From the IMG/VR virus record IMGVR_UViG_3300045988_147897: DNA of 38,892 nt. One strand, 5' to 3'. Shown one piece after another: positions 27,173 through 35,196 of this stretch (positions are counted from its first letter, which is position 1; each line of letters opens with the position of its first letter). A model generated the notes under the pieces. It saw only the letters and a program-made list of their open reading frames with translations. It searched no databases and was not told the DNA's origin. Position numbers and translations under genes: made by a program. The stretch comes from a virus.

Positions 27173-27412
27173 TTACCTCCTGACCAGGTCGCGCGTATCT
27201 GTCACGTAGGTGATCGTGAGTGTTCGCTTTGCTGCCTGGGCTATCTCACGTGGTTCTTCCACTGGGATGTCAGCGACCGATAAGCCTGTGATAACTGCGC
27301 TGTCCGGTAGGGTGTCGCTTAGCGCGCGAATGAGGTCACCTTTTTTGAGCGGGTCACTCTGATCCCAGGAGATCGTCACGGTGTGGGTGGTCTTGGCGTA
27401 AATGTTTCCCAT
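27173..27412 (-). CDS. small paralog 2 of the tandem family (79 aa, C-terminus RTLTITYV)
   Basis: ORF-track ORF; conserved motif. Confidence 0.5.
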   Translation of the reverse strand: MGNIYAKTTHTVTISWDQSDPLKKGDLIRALSDTLPDSAVITGLSVADIPVEEPREIAQAAKRTLTITYVTDTRDLVRR

Positions 27413-27413
27413 G

Positions 27414-27614
27414 TCAGTTGCCCTTCTTGGCGGGTTCGCGGTAGTTGATGATGAGGCGCCGCGTACCTGCGAACGGCCCGTTGGGCTCTACGCCTACGTC
27501 GTCGATGACGGCGCCGGGTTTGAGCTGGGAGAGGATGGCGGTCATGGTGCTGGCGGGGACGCCGTCGTCGTGGAAGAACGTCGCGGTGAATTGGCCTCGG
27601 GTGTAGTGCTTCAT
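27414..27614 (-). CDS. small paralog 1 of the tandem family (66 aa, C-terminus RRLIINYR)
   Basis: ORF-track ORF; ATGA-coupled to RusA. Confidence 0.5.
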   Translation of the reverse strand: MKHYTRGQFTATFFHDDGVPASTMTAILSQLKPGAVIDDVGVEPNGPFAGTRRLIINYREPAKKGN

Positions 27615-27994
27615 TTGTTGGTCTCCTGTTCGTGAATTATGAGGGTCACCGTATGGGTGCCCTTGGGGGCTTTCTGTGGGTCGCGCTCAAACGCGACGCT
27701 GGGGATGTGGGTGTGGTCATCGTCGTCCCAGACGCGGGCGTCGACCAGGCCATCGATGATTGCTTTCACGGTGGGCGCGGCGTTGGCCGGGTCCGCTCGA
27801 GTGGCCGTGGGGTAGCCGATTACGGCGGTGACCGTGGACGATCCAAGCCGTTTGCCTGCTGCGCCTGTGATGCGGGCTTCGCTGGCGGCCAGGGCTCGCA
27901 GCATCCGCGTTCGCCGCATCCTGGTCGACCAGTGGAGCCGTTGGTTGGCTGTGAGCCATACGGCGGGGTGCAGGGTGAGGGCGAGGCGGATCAT
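27611..27994 (-). CDS. rusA: RusA-like Holliday junction resolvase
   Basis: Motifs LTANQRLHWSTR and IIDGLVDARVWDDDDHTH; 127 aa from the internal ATG in an ATGA overlap with the upstream stop. Confidence 0.6.
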   Translation of the reverse strand: MIRLALTLHPAVWLTANQRLHWSTRMRRTRMLRALAASEARITGAAGKRLGSSTVTAVIGYPTATRADPANAAPTVKAIIDGLVDARVWDDDDHTHIPSVAFERDPQKAPKGTHTVTLIIHEQETNK

Positions 27995-28848
27995 TGCTCG
28001 CCCATCTGCGTGAGGCCGACGGCGACGGCGTGCGCGGCCTGCAGGGGCACGGTACCTGAGTAGATGAGCCCCATACGGTCGTCGTGTGAGAGATGCAGGC
28101 TCGGTGTGCTCACGTAGCCGACCGGGAGGCCCATCATCCATTCCACGAATCCGATAGACAGGCGGCCCCCGGTCATGGTGGTGGGCAGCGAGTATATCGG
28201 GTAGGGGTAGCGCTCGCCCGTGACCTTCTCCCAGTGTTCGAGGGCGCGCGTGAGTGCTTTGTCGGCGTGGCCTTCCATGTCATCCTGCGTCCATCTGTAT
28301 GCTTCGCTGTCTAGGTGGGTGCAGTAAGCGCTCGGGCTGGTCCATAGGGTGCCGGTCCACGGGGCGGTGTCCAGGTAGGCTGCGTTCACCGTGGGCACGT
28401 CGATGTCGTTACGGACACCGATTGCGTACGTGCGAAGCCGACGGTGGGGGGCGCCAACCGCGTTCGAGCACAGGCAAGGCCATACCGTGCGGTATCCGTG
28501 ACTGGCGAGGTGATCGCAGATGGGCACGGCTTCGTCGTTGGGGAGTTGTACCTCGACGATGGCGAGCGGGGGCTTGTAACCGCCGCCGATCAGCGCGCGG
28601 CCCGTGGTAAGCCAATCAGAGAATCCGTTGATGGTGAGCACGTCCACCATAGGGGGCAGCGTATCGAATCCGGTGTACGCGCCCGCGCGAGGGTGGTGGT
28701 ACCGCATAATCATGCGGCCCGCGTAATCGAACGGCTGGCCGGGGTGGGCGTGCCATGCGAGCTGTGCGCCTCCCAGGGCGGCTGCCACACCGATAGGGAG
28801 GCCACCATAGCCGGGGTTAATAGCACCGATTGTCAGTTCAGTTTTCAT
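27991..28848 (-). CDS. degenerate C5-cytosine methyltransferase homolog (probable pseudo-enzyme): catalytic PCQ replaced by FSD, ENV by EVQ, and Q.R.R by R.R.R
   Basis: Alignable by eye with the C5-methyltransferase at 29414..30661: motif I NPGYGG vs FTGYGG; GAPHRRLRTYAIG vs GAPHQRARFFLIG; FVEWMMGLPVGYV vs FVEWLMGLPDGHV. ATG with AGGAG RBS. Confidence 0.55.
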   Translation of the reverse strand: MKTELTIGAINPGYGGLPIGVAAALGGAQLAWHAHPGQPFDYAGRMIMRYHHPRAGAYTGFDTLPPMVDVLTINGFSDWLTTGRALIGGGYKPPLAIVEVQLPNDEAVPICDHLASHGYRTVWPCLCSNAVGAPHRRLRTYAIGVRNDIDVPTVNAAYLDTAPWTGTLWTSPSAYCTHLDSEAYRWTQDDMEGHADKALTRALEHWEKVTGERYPYPIYSLPTTMTGGRLSIGFVEWMMGLPVGYVSTPSLHLSHDDRMGLIYSGTVPLQAAHAVAVGLTQMGEQ

Positions 28849-29122
28849 CGTCGCTCCTATACTGTGACGCGCCGTCGGCGGTGACCTCTGGAACTACCTT
28901 GATATGCATAGGGCTGCGTTCATCCGGTGAGAAAACAACCAAGCTGCCAGCGTCCGCGATCCACCTATAGCCGCAACATCCTGTCAGCCAGCGCTCGGGG
29001 TTGTTAACTTCGACGGCAATTTCGCCGTTCTTATTGGTGACGGTCACGCCGAGGCCCCATGCTTTCAGGGCTTTGGTGTCGGCCTCGGGGTCGCCCGTGA
29101 GCCTGTAGGCATAGAAGTTCAT
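28838..29122 (-). CDS. hypothetical protein (94 aa)
   Basis: Internal ATG in an ATGA overlap with the upstream stop. Confidence 0.4.
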   Translation of the reverse strand: MNFYAYRLTGDPEADTKALKAWGLGVTVTNKNGEIAVEVNNPERWLTGCCGYRWIADAGSLVVFSPDERSPMHIKVVPEVTADGASQYRSDDEN

Positions 29123-29427
29123 GAGAGATCCTCCTCGCTGATCGGGGCGCCCGCGTGCGAGTACCAGGCGCGGAAGTCGGTCGCCGTCCTGTTCGAGACG
29201 CGCACACGGCCCGGCGTGGACACGATCATGTCGCCTTCCATGGCCCACACGGCGGTGCCGGGGCCGACCAGGAAGATCGTGCCCTCGGTGTCGGTGGTGA
29301 TCGTCTTACGCGCGATCTTGGCGATCACGCCCGCGTTGTCGCGGGTGAGGCGTACGGCGCGCACCATGACGCGCTCCTGGTACGTGCGAACGCCGTCAAG
29401 ACCGGCGAGCGGGTCAAACGCTGACAT
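29119..29427 (-). CDS. hypothetical protein (102 aa)
   Basis: ORF-track ORF; coupled to its neighbours. Confidence 0.4.
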   Translation of the reverse strand: MSAFDPLAGLDGVRTYQERVMVRAVRLTRDNAGVIAKIARKTITTDTEGTIFLVGPGTAVWAMEGDMIVSTPGRVRVSNRTATDFRAWYSHAGAPISEEDLS

Positions 29428-30661
29428 TTTCAGCCTCCTTAGCTGTGTGAATGAGGGTGCGGACCGCGAGCGCGGCTTGTTGTGGCACGACGCCGTTTCC
29501 GAGCATCCTGAGTTGGCGTTCTCGGCTTAGGTCGAGGTCGGGGCCGGTGACGTGTCCGTCTGGTAGGCCCATGAGCCATTCGACGAACTTGGCGGATAGT
29601 TGGGGTTTGCCGCCTGCTCGTCGGGGTGGGTTGGTGGGTGGTGGGGCGGCCCGTCCGGTGACGTGTTCCCACCGTGCGATTGTGGGCGCGTATGGGCCGT
29701 ATGTGCCTGTGAGTGCGTTAGCGACCTCATTCAAGGTCGGCCCGTATCCGGCGCCCGAGTAGGGGGCGGATACGGCTTGCGGTGTGGGGAGTAGGCCGCC
29801 GGTTGGGAGGAGGCCGTTTTCGACGATGATCGCTAGGTCGGTGACCCGCTCCCTGCCCGGCTTTTTGCGTAGGTGTTCGGACGGGCTGTTTCCCGAGGGC
29901 TGCGCAACCGGGGTGGGTAGGAGCTGCACCGCCTGGGTGAGGCTGTGGCCTGTGCCGTCTTGGTGGCGTCCGGCTTTGTGGTCTGACGCGGTGGGGGTCG
30001 GCATTAGAGTGCCGAGATCTGGTCCTGCAGACTCACGGTGTGGCCGCCGGCTCGGCGCTTGTCGGGGTGTTGTGGGCCGCCGCATGTCCCAAGGTTGGCC
30101 GTCGGGGTAGCCAATAAGGAAGAATCGGGCGCGCTGGTGGGGTGCGCCGGCGTCTGAGGCGCGTACAACACGCCACGCTGTGCTGTACCCGAGGGAGGCC
30201 AGGTCTCCTGCCACACGTCCGGCTGCCCTGAGAGCAGGTCCATTTGCTCCCGTTCCCAGCATTGTCGGCTCGGATTCCACCGGGCTATAGGCTCTCGCAC
30301 TTAAAGCTCCTTGCACGTTTTCCCACACGACGAGGCGGGGTTGGATGGTTTCGATTGCGGCGGCCATGGATTCCCACAGGCCCGAGCGTGTTCCTGTGGC
30401 CATGCCTGCGCGTTTGCCTGCGAGGCTTAGATCCTGGCAGGGTGAGCCACCGCATATGATGTCGACGGGTTCCACGTCTGCCCAGTTGATCTGTGTGATG
30501 TCGCCGAGGTTGGGGGTGTCAGGCCAGCGCACCTGCGCGAGCTTGCAGGGACCAGGTTCTACGTCGCTTGTCCAGGCGACCCGAGCGTCGGGGTCTAGGG
30601 CCATTGCGACGCCCATATCGAGGCCCCCGTACCCGGTGAACAACGAACCGATGGTCGTCAT
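29414..30661 (-). CDS. DNA (cytosine-5)-methyltransferase
   Basis: Motifs I FTGYGG, IV GGSPCQDLS, VI ENV, VIII QRARF, X LGNGV; internal ATG (MTTIGSLF) in an ATGA overlap; 71-aa junk N-terminal extension in the ORF-track ORF. Confidence 0.85.
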   Translation of the reverse strand: MTTIGSLFTGYGGLDMGVAMALDPDARVAWTSDVEPGPCKLAQVRWPDTPNLGDITQINWADVEPVDIICGGSPCQDLSLAGKRAGMATGTRSGLWESMAAAIETIQPRLVVWENVQGALSARAYSPVESEPTMLGTGANGPALRAAGRVAGDLASLGYSTAWRVVRASDAGAPHQRARFFLIGYPDGQPWDMRRPTTPRQAPSRRPHRESAGPDLGTLMPTPTASDHKAGRHQDGTGHSLTQAVQLLPTPVAQPSGNSPSEHLRKKPGRERVTDLAIIVENGLLPTGGLLPTPQAVSAPYSGAGYGPTLNEVANALTGTYGPYAPTIARWEHVTGRAAPPPTNPPRRAGGKPQLSAKFVEWLMGLPDGHVTGPDLDLSRERQLRMLGNGVVPQQAALAVRTLIHTAKEAENVSV

Positions 30662-30864
30662 GGCCGGCTTCTTTCGCTGGTGAGGGTGTCGATGGTGTCG
30701 CGGATGTTGGTCGCGTGCGTGTTCGTGACGTGATCTCGCGCGGCGTTGTCCATCTGTGTTGCGGCTTGGTTGATCGCGTCCCGTAGAGCAGCCACGGTGA
30801 TTGCGTCGCGCAGCCGGGCGGCGGACTCCGCATACGGGCTCTTGTAGGGCCATTCGATGGTCAT
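30658..30864 (-). CDS. hypothetical protein (68 aa)
   Basis: ATGA-coupled on both sides between the two methyltransferase genes. Confidence 0.4.
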   Translation of the reverse strand: MTIEWPYKSPYAESAARLRDAITVAALRDAINQAATQMDNAARDHVTNTHATNIRDTIDTLTSERSRP

Positions 30865-31889
30865 GCTGCGTCACCTCCCATGCTGAACAGGTCGAGGGGT
30901 GCTTCGATGCCGTGCTTGAATCGTTCCTTGATGAGCGGGATGTAACGGTCGTCGAGTTCGCATCCGACCGCCCGCGTGTTCTCCATGGCTGCCGCCTGCA
31001 GGGTCGTTCCAGACCCGGCGAACGGTTCGAGGATCAACGCGCCCGGGCGCACGACAAGACGAATCAGGTACCGCATGAGCTCGAGCGGCTTCACGGTGAC
31101 GTGCTGTACCCCCCCCACCTTCGGGCGCTCGGACGTTGGGGCCTTCGGCTGGTACCGGAACACGGGCCACGCGTGGTCGGGCGCGTCCTGCTCGACGGCG
31201 ACGGCCATGGCCTGCTCGCCCATGAGCAGGTTCGGCGGGTACAGGCCGCCCACTGCGTCCATTCCTGCGCGGATGTTCATCGCGCCGGTGCCGTGCTCAC
31301 GGACGTTGTCGACCAGTCGGCCCTCGAACGGCTTTCGCGCGACGACGATGGGTTCCCACGCGGGCTTCAGACCGACGCCCCATCCTTCCCAGGCTTTTGC
31401 CTCGTCAGTGACAGGCTTGCCGGTGGCGTTTGTCTTATAGCTGGCCATATCTGTTGCAACGGCGCTCGTATCCCAGCGTTCAATCACGCGCCCTTCGCGT
31501 TGGTCGAGGACGCCCGCGACGCGGTCGAACGCTGATGATAGGTCCATTCCGGCGGGTTTGCCGTCGGCGCGTATCCAGGCCATGGCGTCGCGGACCTCGA
31601 AGCCGGCGTCCTCGAGGCCGCTCGTGAGCCGGTGGCATGTACGGGTCGCGCTGAACGCGAGCATGTAGCCGCCGGGCTTGATGACGCGCAGCGCCTCCTC
31701 ACCCCATGACTGGGCCCATGACTGAAAACCCGTGGGGGTGGCGGTGTCCCACTTCTCACCCTGGAAGGCGAGCCCGTAGGGCGGGTCGGTGATGACGGCG
31801 TCGAAGTGGTCGGCGGGTAGGGTTCGCATGATGTCCCTGCAGTCGCCATGGTGCAGGGTGATACCGTCGTACAGGTCGATGCCGGTCAC
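30861..31889 (-). CDS. beta-class N6-adenine (or N4-cytosine) DNA methyltransferase
   Basis: DPPY motif IV upstream of motif I FAGSGTT (N6_N4_Mtase architecture); GTG start overlapping the RecT stop (GTGA). Confidence 0.8.
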   Translation of the reverse strand: MTGIDLYDGITLHHGDCRDIMRTLPADHFDAVITDPPYGLAFQGEKWDTATPTGFQSWAQSWGEEALRVIKPGGYMLAFSATRTCHRLTSGLEDAGFEVRDAMAWIRADGKPAGMDLSSAFDRVAGVLDQREGRVIERWDTSAVATDMASYKTNATGKPVTDEAKAWEGWGVGLKPAWEPIVVARKPFEGRLVDNVREHGTGAMNIRAGMDAVGGLYPPNLLMGEQAMAVAVEQDAPDHAWPVFRYQPKAPTSERPKVGGVQHVTVKPLELMRYLIRLVVRPGALILEPFAGSGTTLQAAAMENTRAVGCELDDRYIPLIKERFKHGIEAPLDLFSMGGDAA

Positions 31890-32866
31890 GCCGCGCCCCC
31901 GTTCGGGTCGGTGTTGTCGCCGTAGTCGAAGATGGGGGCCGTCTCGTCGATGATTTCGGCCTCGGCCACGGGTGCAGGTTCGGGCTGCGCGTGGTTGCTG
32001 TTGTAGATCGCGAGGAGCTCGGTGTGGAGCGTGGCGGCTTGCTCGTCGTTCAGGGCGGGCACGGCGACTAGCTGGCCGAGGCAACGCTTGCACAAGTCCT
32101 TATATGCAGCCTGTGTGAAGCTGAGGGTTTCGAGGCCCTTTGCGACGCTGGCCTGCGCGGGGGTGAGGGGCTTGTCGAGGGGCGCGGGCTGTGACGGGGC
32201 CGACGCGGGCTTCGCGGCTGGCTTCGCCTTCGCCGCCGTGGCAGGCTTGGTGGGGGCGTCGTCCACGATCTCAGCTTCGAGGACTTCGCCCGTGTCGGTG
32301 ATCGTCGCCCCGAAGTCCTCGGGGCTGTAGATCATGCCCATGAGGGCTTCGGATGCGCCTTGACGGACGACCTCGGTGATCGCGCGCGCCCTGAGCATCT
32401 GGGTCGGGTATTGCGTCCAGGGGCCGCGCTGACCCCACAAGCCAGCCTTCACGGCCTTGTCCTTGTCCCAGGTGACGGTGAACTCGAACTTCTTGTCATC
32501 GGCGCGGATCAGTGTCGCGGTCACACTTTCGGGGCTGTTTTCGACGATGCGCAGGGTGTGCCCTGCGCGGCGGATCACCGCTGCCATGAGGTCCGAGGAC
32601 AGTGTCGCCCTTCCGTTGATGACGGCGATTGATGCGAGGGCTTGGAGGGGTTCGAGGCCGAGGGCTGCGCCGGTTTCGGCGGCGACGAAGGCGTTCGCGG
32701 CGTTGCCCCTGTATGCGGTGGGCAGGATCGTCGAGGGGGCGAGCCTGGCAATGTAGTCGGCGCGCTCTTGCAGGCCGGCGGTGATGTAGGAGAAGCCGGG
32801 TGCCGGGGTGGGGGTGGGTTTCGTGGCGGCCTTGCCGCGAGGCTTAGAGATCTCGGTTGATGCCAT
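31886..32866 (-). CDS. recT: RecT-family single-strand annealing recombinase
   Basis: Blocks GAALGLEP...INGRATL...GHTLRIVENS...GPWTQYPTQMLRARAI resemble the RecT core; Lys/Pro/Ala-rich linker and acidic C-terminus. Confidence 0.7.
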   Translation of the reverse strand: MASTEISKPRGKAATKPTPTPAPGFSYITAGLQERADYIARLAPSTILPTAYRGNAANAFVAAETGAALGLEPLQALASIAVINGRATLSSDLMAAVIRRAGHTLRIVENSPESVTATLIRADDKKFEFTVTWDKDKAVKAGLWGQRGPWTQYPTQMLRARAITEVVRQGASEALMGMIYSPEDFGATITDTGEVLEAEIVDDAPTKPATAAKAKPAAKPASAPSQPAPLDKPLTPAQASVAKGLETLSFTQAAYKDLCKRCLGQLVAVPALNDEQAATLHTELLAIYNSNHAQPEPAPVAEAEIIDETAPIFDYGDNTDPNGGAA

Positions 32867-33005
32867 GGTCGGTGGTCCTTTCAGTAGGAGAGGCCGATGG
32901 GGTATAGGCCCAGTCGTCTAGTTCGTTCTGCATGTCGTATGCGCAGTCCTCACATAGGTTGTGAGGGGGGGGCAGTTCGTCGCCGCAACGCCTGCAGGTG
33001 TTCAT
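32844..33005 (-). CDS. small Zn-ribbon protein (53 aa; CRRC...CEDC) containing a C8 homopolymer tract
   Basis: ATG in an ATGA overlap with the stop of 33002..33340; four Cys in two CxxC pairs; overlaps the RecT start. Confidence 0.4.
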   Translation of the reverse strand: MNTCRRCGDELPPPHNLCEDCAYDMQNELDDWAYTPSASPTERTTDHGINRDL

Positions 33006-33340
33006 TCCGTGACCTTCCTACGTCGATTGGTGGCCTGCCTGCGCTTCGCTTCTTCCTGGTCCCAGGAGAGCCACACGAGATAGCCGCCCTGCCCGTCTGA
33101 GCGGGAGTCCACGACCCAGAAGGAGCCGCGCTTGTTGAGGTTCTGCGCGTAGGCTCGGATGGCGTCGACGCGGCGTCGGGGCCAGCCGCCGGTCTCACTG
33201 CCGTCGTTGGGGACGAGGAACGTTTCGCCGGGGTGGGTCTGGATATGGCGCCGTTCGGCGGGGGTGGTGATTCGCAGGAATAGGGGGGCGTGCGAGCCGA
33301 TCTGCATCTTGCCTGGGATCTGCGCCTTGCGGATCGTCAT
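33002..33340 (-). CDS. hypothetical protein (112 aa)
   Basis: Internal ATG in an ATGA overlap; the upstream 94 aa of the ORF-track ORF are Arg/Pro/His junk. Confidence 0.4.
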   Translation of the reverse strand: MTIRKAQIPGKMQIGSHAPLFLRITTPAERRHIQTHPGETFLVPNDGSETGGWPRRRVDAIRAYAQNLNKRGSFWVVDSRSDGQGGYLVWLSWDQEEAKRRQATNRRRKVTE

Positions 33341-33552
33341 GCCTGCTCGCCTCCCTGCTGTTCTTCGCGGCCCAGGAGGGCGGTGCCGAGGGCGATTCCG
33401 GCGGCGGTGGGGATGAGGGCGAGGACGCCGGCGGCGAGGTTGCGTTCGTAGCAGGCAAGCAGCATGGCGAGGACGCCGTAGGTAGCGGATGCGGCGGCGA
33501 TCAGGTGGTAGATCGTTGCGGCGGGCTTGGAGTAAGCGGGTACGTATCGCAT
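33337..33552 (-). CDS. small membrane protein (71 aa, 2 predicted TM helices)
   Basis: Hydrophobic segments IYHLIAAASATYGVLAMLLA and VLALIPTAAGIALGTALL; ATG with RBS AAGGACA. Confidence 0.45.
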   Translation of the reverse strand: MRYVPAYSKPAATIYHLIAAASATYGVLAMLLACYERNLAAGVLALIPTAAGIALGTALLGREEQQGGEQA

Positions 33553-33573
33553 GGTTTTTGTCCTTTGGTTGAT

Positions 33574-33610
33574 TAGAGGGGTGGTGGGGGCCGCCGGGCT
33601 GCCAGCGGGG
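33574..33610. terminator. GC-rich hairpin GTGGGGGCCGCC-N13-GGCGGCCCCCAC (candidate terminator/attenuator)
   Basis: Perfect 12-bp stem in the 79-bp gap after gene 33632..33925; no U-tract. Confidence 0.4.
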
Positions 33611-33631
33611 CGGCCCCCACACGGGCAGGGG

Positions 33632-33925
33632 TTAGGCGGCGAGCGGCTCGGCGGGCACCGTTGCGGCGATCTGCCTTGCAATCGCTTCGCGCGCGTCGAC
33701 TGCATTCACCGTCTCGTCTATTGCGGTGATGATCTTCGTCATCTGCGTGTGCTCTCTACTGAGCATTTTCTGTGCTGCGCGGATAGCCATTTCGTTGTGG
33801 AGGGCTTCGACCTTCTTGTGGTCGGCATCTGCACTGAGGCGTTCCTCCTTGAGGAAGGCGCGCAGCCAGCACAGGTCGTCGAGGGTGAGTTCAAGCGGGA
33901 TTAGCTGGTCCTTGCTGTCGGTCAT
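33632..33925 (-). CDS. hypothetical protein (97 aa)
   Basis: ATGA overlap with the stop of the surface-protein gene. Confidence 0.45.
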   Translation of the reverse strand: MTDSKDQLIPLELTLDDLCWLRAFLKEERLSADADHKKVEALHNEMAIRAAQKMLSREHTQMTKIITAIDETVNAVDAREAIARQIAATVPAEPLAA

Positions 33926-35190
33926 CGTCCGTTGCCTCCCAGGTAACGGCGGTTGATGACGTATCCGGCGGTGGCGAGGGCTGCGCCGATCAGGAAGGAC
34001 GCGAGGGCAACGCTGATGCCGTCGAGGGTGGCGCCGGTCTTGGCGAGCTGAGCCGCCGGGGCCGGGGTGGGCTGCACGTCGGCCTTCGGTTCGGGCTTCG
34101 GGGTCGCGTGCGTGGGTGCGGGCACCGGCTCGGTCGTCACGCGCGGCTCGGGAGTGGGGTCAGGCGTCGCCGCGGGTTCATCCGAGGGCGTCGGCGCGGG
34201 GGCCGGGTTGGTGGGGGTCGGCTCAGGAGTCGGCTCCGTGGAAGGCGTCGGGGCCGGGGTGGGCTTCATGGTTCCGTCGCCGTCCGTGCCACCGCTGGCC
34301 TTGATCGTCGCGGTGGCCTCAAGGCTCTGACCGTTGATCGTCGCGCGGTTGGTGTAGGTCGTCTGGCCCTCGACGGGCTGCGTCGCCTCCGGGAAGGTCA
34401 CGCACACGAGCGCGCCAGCCGGGGGCGTGAAGGTCAGCGTGTGCTTCGTGTCGTCCAGCTTGCCGTCCGTCCACGACGTCGTGTCCGGTGCCCACGTGGG
34501 GCCGGTCGAGCACTTCACCGCCGCGTGCAGGGCGTTGGTCTCATCCGTGATCGTGTACTCGGTGCCGGGGTCCACCTTCCACTGGATACCCCAGGAGATG
34601 GACCCATTGGCATCGGTCCACCCGTACTTCATGGTCTCGGGGCGCGCGTACTCGAAGTGCGCCGGGCCGGTGCAGTCGTTCGAGCAGGTGCCCGACCCGT
34701 CCTTATCGCCCCACACAAGCGTGCGGACGGTCTCACCATTCAGGGTGATCTGGGTGGACTCAGTGCCCACGGCCTTATCGGTGAGCTGCGCGCGGGCGTG
34801 GAACGTGCCGGACACGTCCTGCTTCGCCGCCCACGCTTCGGGCACGTCCGTCACCGTGCAGGTGAGCTGCGCCTGGTCGGCGGCGCACTCACCAATCCGG
34901 GTGCCGTCGTCGAGCGTGAACGGGAAGCCAGCCCTCCAGGCAAAGCCTCCGTCAACGCTGCCAACGGTGAGAGTCGAGCCGACCGTCAGGTGCGGGGTCT
35001 GCCAGGTGCCCTCAACGGTCACCTCGCTTGTGGTCTGGCGAGACGCACTGGTGGCCTTGGTGACCTGTGCGCTGATCGGCTCGGGCGTGGTGGGGGCCGC
35101 GAGCGCGGGGGCCGCGGCGGCTGCGACGGCGAGGCCTACGGTGAGGCCGAGGCCTGCGAGCGTGTACTTGGTGGTGTTCTTGGTGTTCAT
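33922..35190 (-). CDS. sortase-anchored cell-wall surface protein (signal peptide, beta-rich domain, Pro/Thr/Glu linker, LAKTG sorting motif, TM helix, RRYLGGNGR tail)
   Basis: N-terminus MNTKNTTKYTLAGLGLTVGLAVAAAAAPALA; C-terminus LAKTGATLDGISVALASFLIGAALATAGYVINRRYL is a class-E-sortase-type LAxTG cell-wall sorting signal. Confidence 0.7.
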   Translation of the reverse strand: MNTKNTTKYTLAGLGLTVGLAVAAAAAPALAAPTTPEPISAQVTKATSASRQTTSEVTVEGTWQTPHLTVGSTLTVGSVDGGFAWRAGFPFTLDDGTRIGECAADQAQLTCTVTDVPEAWAAKQDVSGTFHARAQLTDKAVGTESTQITLNGETVRTLVWGDKDGSGTCSNDCTGPAHFEYARPETMKYGWTDANGSISWGIQWKVDPGTEYTITDETNALHAAVKCSTGPTWAPDTTSWTDGKLDDTKHTLTFTPPAGALVCVTFPEATQPVEGQTTYTNRATINGQSLEATATIKASGGTDGDGTMKPTPAPTPSTEPTPEPTPTNPAPAPTPSDEPAATPDPTPEPRVTTEPVPAPTHATPKPEPKADVQPTPAPAAQLAKTGATLDGISVALASFLIGAALATAGYVINRRYLGGNGR

Positions 35191-35196
35191 CGTTAT

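Noticed and set aside
29414-30874. Arg/Pro/His-rich N-terminal extensions on many ORF-track entries (for example 29414..30874, 27611..28141, 22940..23782, 491..1573, 3042..3773, 14105..14992)
   Set aside because: The extensions overlap the preceding gene in another frame and start at GTG/TTG. Recognisable domains begin at internal ATG/GTG codons with an RBS and stop-start overlap. These were treated as false long starts and the CDS were trimmed.
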